64,000 nt of DNA, taken from NCBI RefSeq assembly GCF_003918875.1, contig NW_025766973.1, positions 806,001 to 870,000 on the forward strand. Reading direction: 5' to 3'. The DNA comes from Haliotis rubra. Lineage: Eukaryota. Positions 22,701-35,700 of this stretch are shown one piece after another (the first letter of the stretch is position 1; the number at the start of each line of letters is the position of its first letter). The notes under the pieces were generated by a model. The model was not told the origin of the DNA. It did not search any database and worked only from the letters and a program-made list of their open reading frames with translations. The translations under genes and the position numbers were made by a program.

Positions 22701-24185
22701 TGTTCTTACCCTTCTTTCTGTATATAACACATAGTTCTTTTCATGAGACAAATAGGCTCAAGTTTCAGTTAGATCATATGACATGGTGGTGGACAGCACA
22801 CCTCTGTGTACAATACATCCATATTTCACCATTCTAGGGATTATATGTAGAATATACATGAGGGTTAGATATCACAAATGATAAATCAAACATCAGGTAC
22901 TACAATGAGATCACATGATGGATTTGTAAAGGTAGTTATTTCTTCTTTGGTGAATAAGCTAAAACAGTCCTGATACGATTCAATATTTAATAACATATAT
23001 ATCGGTATGCTACTTCCTATAGGGAGCAGAGTAGTTACAACAGTAGTAGCTCGATCAAGGTCAAGGTCAAGGTCAGGGTTCTTTCCAGATAAAATGACTT
23101 GTAAAAGCACAGTGAATATATCACAGGACTTCACAACTAACTAGTTCTCATCAGAAATTAAAACCTACATACCAGTATGCCATTATCGCTATATTTCTGG
23201 AATTTCTCGCAACTGATACACATCACAGATGAGTTGGATACACAGCGATGTTTCTTTGTGAGTTAATGTACACGTAACTGTCCACAGGTACACATTCAAA
23301 CATCACAAAGTTCAATCCATTAACTGAAAGCTTGCAAAATGGCAAACAGAAGCCAACAGATTTAGTGAAATAACTCACTGTATTGAAGCTAGGATTATTC
23401 CACACCAGCACCTGAAAACACGGGTATGTACAAAAACAAGCACACACAAACACAAACAAATTAAACACATACAACGTCTTATTGCATCTCCTGGCTGTGC
23501 ATCGTTGACTGACGTCATGCTCCCATCCTCACCATTTGTACAGCAAATCATATTTTGTCATGTCAGCAGATTTTATTCAATTTTTTTAAAGTGCTTCAAA
23601 TTAAATAAAATAAAATAAAACAGTTGCTGACAATGATTAGTTTTGTCTCATCATAATAGCTGTACAGGACATTACAGAAAATAGTTAAAGGAAAATAGTA
23701 TATGTATGACCACTATTTTTACAGTAAATAGTCCCTGGACACCTCTGATGTGGCTCGTTAAGATCAGATGTAGATATTGTCTTCAGTCACTGTACAAGCC
23801 ATTCAGCACTTGTGTGCATTCAACATCAACATATATATATATATCTAAACTACTCAACTTGTAATAGGGATACTCATATAAAGTCATTTTATTTAAATAT
23901 ACACTTGACATATCATGAGAATAAGTTCTGTGCATCATAATAAACACGCCCCTATAAAAAAATGCAGTAGTATACATCTATACAATGAGCAACGTCGTCT
24001 TCACCTGGGCCCACTCGCACAGAGCAACTTAACACTAAGATGACCATAACCCTACGATGATCGTAACTCCCTTTCTCTAACATGGGCTTAAAATAGTTGT
24101 AGCGCTAATATCCCTTTGTGCACGTGGGCCCTGGTACAGTTGGTATAATAGTGATGGAATCCTCAGACAAAGGGCATTGTCTTTA

Positions 24186-24340
24186 AAGGGTGTGGTGGGG
24201 CAGCCAAGAGGTTAAAACATTCGCAAGACCCTGGTTCGATTCCCCACATGGGTGCAATGTGTGAAGCCCATTTCTGGAGTACCCTGCCGTGATATTGCTA
24301 GAATATTGCTAAAAGTGGCATAAAACCATACTCACTCACT
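24186..24340 (+). mobile_element. Family A SINE, diverged
   Basis: B box GGTTCGATTCC, body and tail. Confidence 0.8.
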
Positions 24341-25254
24341 TTATAGGACTACTGTTAATCAATAGCTGGCTTCCTTTAGAGGTCAAATCACCTTTACCAT
24401 TAACTTATAGTGTGCGACTCGCACAGAGATTCTGTCAATAAATACATCCCTGATGACAGAGGATGAGCCTTCTATAGTTGACCTTTTACCCAACGTTTTC
24501 AAGGGAATGTCATGGACTGTGTCAGAGTATGTCCGATTTGTCATGGCAAATCTCCATTCTTCAACGAAAAACTGCTGTCAAACTGTTCTCATAATCATAG
24601 TATTTTATAATATGTACAAAAACATCAACAATACTCTTAAAAAATGAAACTGAAGTTGATCTGTCTATATGGATTGCATTTATTTAAAAAATTCGCTTTC
24701 AGGATATAGGCCGTAGTGAACATTCTTGGTCTAGTCTTGGTGAAGCTTACATTTTTTTATATGCTCTTTCTATACTTCTGTTAAAAAAACATCTGTAACA
24801 TACCGTAAACAAAAGGTTATGTTGTGACACAATTGCTCAGTTTTATAAGGAGGCCATTATGAATATTATTTACCAGTTGGCCTAAAACTTGGTAACGGGA
24901 GAAGGATGTTTATTACGGTGAATACAGGACATCTGATGAAATAAACATGACCTTTATGACATGAAATGGTAAAATTGTAATCAATATTTTCTGATATTAT
25001 TTCAGAGAGCTTATATCTAAAAACATCAGCATTCATGACATCATCTAATGTATATGTAATACATGTATAAACCAGTAAACTGTTGTGGTTTCTAAAGTCA
25101 AATAATTGTAAGTTTGTTTATAATAGAATATTCTAAATAATCAAAACTTGCTTGTTAACCTTAAAATATAGTACACTGTTAGTATCAGCTCAGATTCATA
25201 TACACAGATCACCTACATCTACATACTGTTCACACATCAAAGACCAAAATCTTG

Positions 25255-26724
25255 CTATGCTTCTGAATCTTGGGCTGCAAACACTTCATCTGAATGTGTG
25301 GACGAGAGCCGACTTTCAGGAACATTATCCAGCGCCATACTTGCCGTTGACGCTTGAGGGGTACCATGCAGTCCTGGGAGACGTGCTCGTGGTTGCTTGG
25401 CACCAGTCGCAATATTTTCTACAAATACTTCAGTATCGTCCTGAATATGAGCTAAGTCCATCATTTCAGTTGACCTTCTCATTTTGGATAGAGAGGGTTG
25501 TAAGAACAAACTCTCAGATTCGCAGTGTCTTAACGTCGGTGGGTATTCACGTTGCGTGACTGTTTTCTCATGTGGGGCAACATTTTGCACACATGGTGTG
25601 GTGTTTTGGTCACGTGGTGTGGCGTTTTGCTCACATGGTGTGTTCGTCTGCTCATGTGCTGTGACGGTCTGGTCACGTGGTGTGGGATTTTGTTCACATG
25701 GTGTGTTGGTTTGCTCGTGTTTTGTTGCGGTGTGCTCACGTGGCGTGATGGTATGCTCACGTGGTGTGCGAGTAGGGAACCTGATTGGTGGATGATAAGC
25801 TCCATGAGGGTAGCCTGTTCCAGCAGCAGAGTAGTGTAGATTAGGGTGCCCATATTCATGCTGGTTGGACTCGTCAGGTGAATGTCGGTTGTACACAGCA
25901 CTGTGACCATTAGCGTTTTTATACGACACCATCACAGACTTCCCTGAAGGATCTGTTACAGTCACTGACTTAGAATCTAACACAGGATTATCACTTTCTT
26001 CAACATTTTTTACCCCTTTAGGTCCATTTTGAGTTACCTGTTCCTCCTGATCAGCATGTACCCTATCAGAACCCTCCTTATCCACACTCTGCTTGTTAGC
26101 AGTCTCCTTAGCGACTTTTTCATCCTCAAACTCAACCTTTTTCCTCTTGGCGTTATTTTCTACAATGACCATGACCTCTTCATCGTTGTCCTCTGGCACT
26201 TCGATCTTCACACTCTCGGATCTGACTTTCCGTAATGGGGATTGTTCTATTGTCTTCAGCTGGGGAGACGATTGCACAGGTTTACGACTTCCATCCCTCT
26301 CGACAAGACTCCCTGTATGACTGAGCCCTCCAAGACTTGAGACGTCAGACAAAGCCTCTGGACTTGCCAAAGGAGCAGCCACCCACTGCTTCTCAGACAG
26401 CTCTAGAGTGAAGTCTGGACGTGTGCCTGAATCAGGGTTCCTACCTACAGCGTTCAGTTGCTGTATATGTTCTACAGTTAGAATCTTGTCTGGGACGTTT
26501 TCCCAGCTGCCAGACACCGATCGTGGACCGGTGACATTCATGGAACCATTCCCTGCATCAGGCGGTGTGTAGCAGGCATTGGTGAAGCTGGTTTCTACCA
26601 TGACTGTTCCTCGGGTTGGTGACGGGTTGTTGGCAGAGGACAAAGACTCATGGGATAGAAGAGCTTTGCGTTCTGCTTCTGTCAGAGTCCGCACTGGCTT
26701 GGCTGGACCGACCTTCAGCAGAAC
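25255..26724 (-). CDS. DAGLA: DAGLA terminal exon (489 aa, probably largely disordered C-tail)
   Basis: TTTCAG|VLLKVGPAKPVRTLTEAE...APLASPEALSDVSS...VFAAQDSEA*; long non-repetitive ORF in phase with the upstream exon. Confidence 0.9.
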   Translation of the reverse strand, partial: VLLKVGPAKPVRTLTEAERKALLSHESLSSANNPSPTRGTVMVETSFTNACYTPPDAGNGSMNVTGPRSVSGSWENVPDKILTVEHIQQLNAVGRNPDSGTRPDFTLELSEKQWVAAPLASPEALSDVSSLGGLSHTGSLVERDGSRKPVQSSPQLKTIEQSPLRKVRSESVKIEVPEDNDEEVMVIVENNAKRKKVEFEDEKVAKETANKQSVDKEGSDRVHADQEEQVTQNGPKGVKNVEESDNPVLDSKSVTVTDPSGKSVMVSYKNANGHSAVYNRHSPDESNQHEYGHPNLHYSAAGTGYPHGAYHPPIRFPTRTPREHTITPREHTATKHEQTNTPCEQNPTPRDQTVTAHEQTNTPCEQNATPRDQNTTPCVQNVAPHEKTVTQREYPPTLRHCESESLFLQPSLSKMRRSTEMMDLAHIQDDTEVFVENIATGAKQPRARLPGLHGTPQASTASMALDNVPESRLSSTHSDEVFAAQDSEA

Positions 26725-29700
26725 CTGAAACAGCAGTACAGAAATGCAAATGGTGTCATGATCTTTGTCTGAGTGGGGGTTTTGGTTGAAACAGAACTAT
26801 AGAAATCATTCAGGAACCAGCCATTTATAACAAGTGGGATGAGTCGGACAGTATATATATCTCAAAGCTTAATCCAAAAGATTGTTTCTTTTTGTAAGAA
26901 CCTTTTGAAGAAATTTAGATGTCAACTTGATGCATTTGTGCATCATTCAATAAAGTAACATAAATAACTGTCATTGTGACCCTCACTGTATGAGACACTG
27001 CTTGGACAAAGTTACAAGATGGACAAGATTCTGTTAGGGTTCTAGAAGAAATATGGCCCTTGATCATGGTGGGGGATATAGAGATAGTTAGCTGTTTATC
27101 AGACAGATAAGACCATGTCCTAACAGATACCTTCTCCAGAGCTTCTAGGACATTGGCTGGCACATGGTCGTTGATCATGGTGGGGGATATAGAGATAGTT
27201 AGTTGTTTATCAGACAGATAAGACCATGTCCTAACAGATACCTTCTCCAGAGCTTCTAGGACATTGGCTGGCACATGGTCGTTGATCATGGTTGTTTATC
27301 AGGGGATATAACAGATATCCAGAGTTAGTTGTTTATCATGGTGGGGACAGATAGTTAGTTGTTTATGTCCTAACAGATACCATTCTCCAGAGCCTCTAGG
27401 ACATTGTCCGGCATATGGTCGTTGATCATGGTGGGGGATATAGAGATAGTTAGCTGTTTAACAGACAGATAAGACCATGTCCTAACAGATACCTTCTCCA
27501 GAGCCTCTAGGACATTGTCTGGCATATGGTCGTTGATCATGGTGGGGGATATATAGATAGTTAGCTGTTTAACTGACAGATAAGACCATGTCCTAACAGA
27601 TACCTTCTCCAGAGCCTCTAGGACATTGTCTGGCATATGGTCGTTGATCATGGTGGGGGAGATGAGAACTTCATCAAAGTCTCCATTGCCGGCCCACACG
27701 GCCTGGTAAACAGGTTCTGAACTCTGACAGACAGGCCTGAAACATAGAGGGATATGTACAGTTCCACTGTTTCCCATCACAACCTGTCCTACTGGACTAG
27801 ATCCGGGCAGGACACAATACTTCTAGTGTTGTGTGGTGTTCACTGAATTTCAGAAATTGACAAAACCTAAATTCAGATGAATGTAAACTCACAAATAAAG
27901 GGTTTCCTCAAGAATAAAAGCAATGTATCATCTGGCCAAACTGATACATGTTACAGCTGACAGAAGTTGATACTTATATATTTAGAAGTATGAGGTTTTG
28001 TTTTGAAATTACCAGAGTGAGTGAGTGAGTTTAGTTTTACGCCGCTTTTAGCAATATTCCATCAATATCACAGTGGGGGACACCAGAAATAGGCTTCACA
28101 CATTGTGCCCATGTGGGGAATCAAACCTGGGTCCTCGGAGTGACGAGCGAACGCTTTAACCACTAGGCAAGCCCACCGACCCTTAAATTACCAGAAATGG
28201 AATAATATATATTGTGATTTTGTGAAAAATATCTCCAAATCCCAAAATGAAAATGTTATAAAGAAACAGATTGTTTGGTTAGTTATAGGGGTAAATATTC
28301 CAAACCACTGTCAATACATGGTTTCTAGATTATCCACACGTTTCATTCATGCACTGATATAAAGATAAAATACACATGGTAAACAAATAGTATTTTGTAA
28401 AAAGTGTAATAACTTTGATCTGTGAACCTGAAAGAACTTTGATCTGTGAATCTGAAAGAACTTTGATCTGTGAGTGAGTGAGTGAGTTTAGTTTTACGCC
28501 GCACTCCAGCAATATTCCAGCTATATGGCAGCGGTCTGTAAATAATCGAGTCTGGACCAGACAATCCAGTGATCAACAGCATGAGCATCGATCTGCGCAA
28601 TTGGGAACTGATGACATGTGTCAACCAAGTCAGCGAGCCTGACCACCCGATCCCGTTAGTCGCCTCTTACGACAAGCATAGTCGCCTTTTACGACAAGCA
28701 TGGGTTACTGAAGGCTAATTTTAACCCGGGACCTTCACGGGTCAACTTTGATCTGTGAATCTGAAAGAGAGACTGTTGCCAGTGTATGAAATAAGGCCCG
28801 TCTGACCACCCGAGACAGGCTGGCGGATTTTTGGCGGACGGTCTAAATTTACAGCTAGCCAGCCCAATGGTCTGGTACAAATTTTAGATGTTCCATAGAC
28901 CTGAGTAAATTCACCATATTTGGTCTGGTTAAATCCATTTTGGGCTGGTAACATTTTGAAGTAGCCAGCCCTGATGTCTGGCTGGATTTGGGGCTTATTT
29001 CATACACTACTGTTGCACCCTTGGAGTGCAAACTCACAAACACCAAGGACACAAACCTGTGAATGAATGGGTTTTAGAACAGAGATATATGAGATATTAA
29101 TGCACCACCACTCTGTCACTTGTTGTATATATCATTATAACAGACTGGTTATTATCCATTGTTAAAATCTTTTCATCCCCGATATACATTAAAGATGCAT
29201 GTTATATCATGTCCCGCAAATATTTAACTGCCATACAGGAAATTGAAGACTTAGAGATAAAAAGAAAACAAAAATACATTTTGGGTTTAAGGATACAACT
29301 GCAAAACCTTTAAAACATTAATATCCTTTTTAATCCAACACCCAATAATTCAACCATCATAATGTCATCAAATTTTCAAAACAAACACCTGAACAAACTT
29401 ACATACAAATTACAAGGGGCACAATGTCAAGCCATTTTCCTGAAAAACAAACTGACAAAAGCAGTGTATGATGATATAACATGCATATATATATCACATA
29501 GCTGAAAATACTGCAGCCACATGTTCGGCATCAACAAGCTGCCTGCATGACCGTGCTCACATGCTGTCTGATGTCTTAGAGTACTGCCTTCCACTGTAAA
29601 CATGCAATACCACATTCCTGGCTGGTGCACTTCATGCTTTAGTGTGTGGAGATCTGGGGAGTGGGCGTGTCAGTGGACTTGATTTAGTTAGTGAGGGTTA

Positions 29701-32700
29701 ATGTGAGTATTATTTAACCTGGTCAAGGAAGCCATTGATTGACTGACCTTTGATATATGATGACATGCTAAACAGATGTTTGTGTTTGTTTGTGTGAGAG
29801 ACAGTGAATGTTGGAGGCATAGTGTGTGTGTGTTTTTTATGTGCATGTGTGTTTGGAAATGAGGTGTGTGTCGTGTTTGTGTGTGAAAGTGAGAGAGAGT
29901 GTATGTTGGAATTGAGATGTGTGTGATTTTTTATGTGTATGTGTGTTTGTGTGTCAATGTGTGTGCAAAAGTATATGTTGGAGTTAATGTGCCAGTGTGT
30001 GTGACAGTGTATGATGTAGACGAAACATGTGTGATTCTTTATGTGTAAGTGTGAGTGAGAGTGTTTGCTGGAGGTGTAATGTGTGTGATGTTTATATGTA
30101 TGTGTGTCAGTGTGTGTATGTGTGTGTGTGTGTGTCAGTGTGTGTTGGAGATGAAGTATGTGTGATTCTTTATGTGTAAGTGTGTTTGTGTGAGTGCAAG
30201 ACATTGTTTGCTGGAGGTGTAATGTGTGTGATTCTTTCTGTGTCCGTGTGTGTGTGTCTATCTATGTGTGTGTGTTGGAGGTGAAGTGTGTGTGTGTATG
30301 AAAGAGAGTGAGAGGCTTGTGTGCATATTGTATGTGTTTGTGTGAGTGAGAGACAGTGTTTGCTGGAGGTGTAATGCGTGTGATTCTCTCTGTGTATGTG
30401 TCCGTGTGTGTGTTTATCTGTGTGTGTGTGTGAGGTGAAGTTTGTGTGTGTATGAAAGACAGTGAGAGGCTTGTGTGCATATTGTATGTGTTTGTGTGAG
30501 TGAGAGACAGTGTTTGCTGGAGGTGTAATGCGTGTGATTCTCTCTGTGTATGTGTCCGTGTGTGTGTTTATCTGTGTGTGTGTGTGAGGTGAAGTTTGTG
30601 TGTGTATGAAAGACAGTGAGAGGCTTGTGTGCATATTGTATGTGTTTGTGTGAGTGAGAGACAGTGTTTGCTGGAGATGTAATGTGTGTGATTCTTTGTA
30701 TGTCCATCTCTCTCCCTCTCTTTCTGTGTGTGTGAGTGAGAGAGAGAAAGAGTATTAGAGGCTTGTGTGCATATTTTGGAGATGAGGGAGAGAGATTAAG
30801 TGAGTGACTTTGATCATTAAAATGTGTCAAAATGGTTAAACAAATGAGCAATCCACACAATGCAATTTTGGACTAACAGTATTGTGTAACTCAACAATTG
30901 TGAGTGAAAAAAAAATAGTTCAGAAAATGCAATCAGTTTAAACTCAAAACAAAACAAAATAATTGCAACTTCTAGATGAATTATTGTGCAGGAGTGTTCA
31001 TAATGACTTGACATGGCTACAACCTGTCTATACACATCTTCATTTCCTTTAAAAAAATCAGTAGAATCTATGCCTTTCCAAAAACAAATCTTATTTGATA
31101 ATTATGCTTAAAGATCCTGACATGGAAAACAGAAACATTACAAGTCTATGTATGAAATACATGATTGAAAAAAGCTACCAAAGTCTTTTAAACATTTCAG
31201 AACAAAATCAGTATGTTTTTCATTTTTGCAATAATGTCTGATAGAGGTCAACAAAACCAACAGGAAGATAGTATTAATTTACCTGTACTTGCTATTGAGT
31301 CTACAAACTTGAACATGGCTCTAAGCATCGGTTTAGTAGATTTCGGTGTTATTATAAAGACTGTTACTAATTAACAAAGCTTTAACAAGACTGAACTTCG
31401 TGTTACGACTTTTTAGCTTCGGAAAGCTGGTTAAAAAGTCAGATTATCGGTTGATCATATATAATTTCAGTAAAACTCTTGTTGCAAAGCCCAATAAGAT
31501 TACTCGCTAATATGTAATGTCTGGTAAAAACATCTACTATTGTTTGTGAATATGTGGAAACTGACGGATATTGAGTTTGGTGATGATGATGTAAGATGTA
31601 TCCTGCTCAAACAAAACCAACATAATGATACTGATAATAGTAATGCAAGAATATGGGAAAGGAACATCAAATGGACAGGATGAAACTTACTTCTTGGAAT
31701 AGCGACGGTTATGTACATGCCTGAAATCAACATAGTCACTAGTCATATCATTCAAACACAGAAAGAAAGAACACACAACTCACAGTCATAGAAATAGAAG
31801 GAATGGTATGAATGGGTGATACAGACTAACATTTGACGTGGCTGGGTGATACGGGCTAACATTTGACATGGCTGGGTGATACAGGCTAACATTTGACGCG
31901 GCTGGGTGATACAGACTAACATTTGACGTGGCTGGGTGATACGGGCTAACATTTGACGTGGCTGGGTGATACGGGCTAACATTTGACGTGGCTGGGTGAT
32001 ACAGACTAACATTTGACGTGGCTGGGTGATACAGACTAACATTTGACGTGGCTGGGTGATACGGACTAACATTTGACGTGGCTGGGTGATACGGACTAAC
32101 ATTTGACGTGGCTGGGTGATACGGACTAACATTTGACGTGACATGGCTGGGTGATACGGACTAACATTTGACGTGGCTGGGTGATACAGACTAACATTTG
32201 ACGTGGCTGGGTGATACAGACTAACATTTGACGTGACATGGCTGGGTGATACGGACTAACATTTGACATGGCTGGGTGATACGGACTAACATTTGACGTG
32301 GCTGGGTGATACAGCCTAACATTTGACATGGCTGGGTGATACAGGCTAACATTTGACGTGGCTGGGTGATACAGACTAACATCTGACATGGCTGGGTGAT
32401 ACAGACTAACATTTGACATGGCTGGGTGATACAGGCTAACATTTGACGTGGCTGGGTGATACGGGCTAACATTTGACATGGCTGGGTGATACGGGCTAAC
32501 ATTTGACATGGCTGGGTGATACAGGCTAACATTTGACGTGGCTAGGTGATACAGGCTAACATTTGGCATGGCTGGGTGATACGGACTAACATCTGACGTG
32601 GCTGGGTGATACGGACTAACATCTGACGTGGCTGGGTGATACAGGCTAACATCTGACGTGACTGGGTGATACAGGCTAACATCTGACGTGGCGTGGTGAT

Positions 32701-35700
32701 ACGAACTAACATTTGACGTGGCTGGGTGATACAGGCTAACATTTGGCATGGCTGGGTGATACGGGCTAACATTTGACGTGGCTGGGTGATACAGGCTAAC
32801 ATTTGACATGGCTGGGTGATACAGACTAACATTTGACGTGGCTGGGTGATACAGGCTAACATTTGGCATGGCTGGGTGATACGGACTAACATCTGACGTG
32901 GCTGGGTGATACAGGCTAACATTTGACGTGGCTGGGCGATACAGGCTAACATTTGGCATGGCTGGGTGATACGGGCTAACATTTGACGTGGCTGGGTGAT
33001 ACAGGCTAACATTTGACGTGGCTGGGTGATACAGGCTAACATTTGGCATGGCTGGGCGATACAGACTAACATTTGACATGGCTGGGTGATACAGGCTAAC
33101 ATTTGACGTGGCTGGGTGATACAGGCTAACATTTGGCATGGCTGGGTGATACAGGCTAACATTTGACATGGCTGGGTGATACAGGCTAACATTTGACGTG
33201 GCTGGGTGATACAGGCTAACATTTGGCATGGCTGGGTGATACGGGCTAACATTTGACGTGGCTGGGTGATACAGGCTAACATTTGACATGACTGGGTGAT
33301 ACAGGCTAACATTTGACATGGCTGGGTGATACAGGCTAACATTTGACGTGGCTGGGTGATACAGGCTAACATTTGGCATGGCTGGGTGATACGGACTAAC
33401 ATCTGACGTGGCTGGGTGATACGGACTAACATCTGACGTGGCTGGGTGATACAGGCTAACATCTGACGTGACTGGGTGATACAGGCTAACATCTGACGTG
33501 GCGTGGTGATACGAACTAACATTTGACGTGGCTGGGTGATACGGGCTAACATTTGACGTGGCTGGGTGATACGGACTAACATTTGGCATGGGTGGGTGAT
33601 ACAGGCTAACATTTGACGTGGCTGGGTGATACGGACTAATATTTGACATGGCTGGGTGATACGGACTAACATTTGACGTGGCTGGGTGATACGAACTAAC
33701 ATTTGATGTCGGTGGGTGATACAGGCTAACATTTGACAAGGCTGGGTGATACGGGCTAACATTTGACATTGCCGGGTGATACGGGCTAACCTTTGATATG
33801 GTCAAGCTAACTGGGCTAACCTTCTAATGGTTGGTTGATACAGGCTAACCTTTGATGTGGTCGAGCTAACTGGGCATACGTTTGACATGGGTGGTTGATA
33901 CGGGCTAACCTTTGACATGGTTGGGCTAACTGGGTGCAGTTTGACATGGGTGGTTGATACGGGCTAACCTTTGACATGGTTGGGCTAACTGGGTGTACGT
34001 TTGACATGGGTGGTTGATACGGGCTAACCTTTGATATGGTCAAGCTAACTGGGCATACGTTTGACATGGGTGGTTGATACGGGCTAACCTTTGATATGGT
34101 CGAGCTAACTGGGCATACGTTTGACATGGGTGGTTGATACGGGCTAACCTTTGATATGGTCGAGCTAACTGGGCATACGTTTGACATGGGTGGCTGATAC
34201 GGGCTAACCTTTGACATGGGTGGGCGAACTGGTTATACATTTGACATGGCTGTGTTAAGTGGGGTTATGCTCAATGTGTCAAACACAGAAAGAAAAAACA
34301 CACAACTCACAGTCATAGAAGTAGAAGGAATGGTATGGATGAGTTAAAAGGGCATACATTTGACATGGGTGGGCTAACTGGTCATATGTTTTGACATGGC
34401 TGGGTGATACAGGCTAATATTTGACATTGCTGGGTTACTTGGGCATATGTTTGACATGACAGGGTTAACTGGGGTTCTATTTAAAATGGCAGGGCTAACT
34501 GGGTTCAGGCTGACATGACAGGGTCAACTGGGCTTATATTCAATGTTATCTGGGGTTCTGTTTGACATGGCAGGGTTAATTGGGTTTTGTTTGATATGGC
34601 AGCGTTAACTGGGGTTACAATCAACAGGGATGGGTTAACTCTGGTTCTGTTTAACATGGCATGGTTAACTGGGAAAATGTTTGACACGGCAGAGTTAACT
34701 GGGGTTATGATTAAAAGGGCAGGAATAGCAGGGGTTATGTCTAAAAGGTCAGGGAAACTGGGGTTATGTTTAAGAGGGCACGGCTAACTGGGGTTATGTT
34801 TAACCATACAGGACATAGCTGCAGTTTGAAACTGACTTTAATTCATTTGTTTGGGTGTATTTATCACCAACTGTAACTCCATTGACCCTCCTATGTTGAG
34901 GCATCTCAGACCATGACTGACTGACTAACTGAGTTTGGTTTTACGCCGCTTTTAGCAATATTCCAGCAACATCACGGCGGGGGACACCAGAAATGGGCTT
35001 CACACATTGTACCCATGTGGGGATTCGAACCCGGGTCTTCAGCGTGACGAGCCAACGCTTTAACCACTAGGCTACCCCACCGCCCCCTCAGACCATGAAG
35101 CTGTCCAGCCACAGTAAGAAAACAGTTGCTATTGAACAAGGATGGTTTAACACTGAGGTTAACTTCTCTCACTGTATTCATTAAGACATTCTACTTAATA
35201 AAAGGGAGAGAAAGGGAGAGACTTTCAATCACCCTTAAGATACTTATCAGGCAGAAAACTGAAGGAAAAACATTGAAGTCAATCCAGTTCTGATAATGAG
35301 AAAAGCATGCTTTGTTTCACAGCAATCAAATCAGAGTCATATGCACTTCACAAAAAATTATATTTCCAACATTTGAAAATTCCAAGAACTTGACACAGAA
35401 CGACTCAAATTTAAATAATAGTTGTTTTACAGAGATGCTAACAGTCAAGAAGTCCAACTGTGCCACAGTATATATTTCAAAATGCACCATGCTATGTAGA
35501 AAGGAAAGTATGTGGTTCTACAACACTGTGGTCAGAATAATATCATTCCCAAACTAGTAAGACCAGAATGAAGAGTCATGCCAACAATAGATAAGTGGAC
35601 ATCATGGTGAGAAAAATACCCCCCACCCCACCCCCCATCCCAAAAAAAATAAAATAAAAAAATAAAAAAATCCACTTGAACTGATTATTTAAATACTAAA

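Noticed and set aside
25255-25270. C-terminal PDZ-binding motif (DSEA)
   Set aside because: Terminal Ala fits the class I consensus only weakly, and no conservation evidence is available.
31752-34240. ORFs of 559 and 406 aa
   Set aside because: Translation of a 30-bp minisatellite, open in several frames, with no supporting exon structure.
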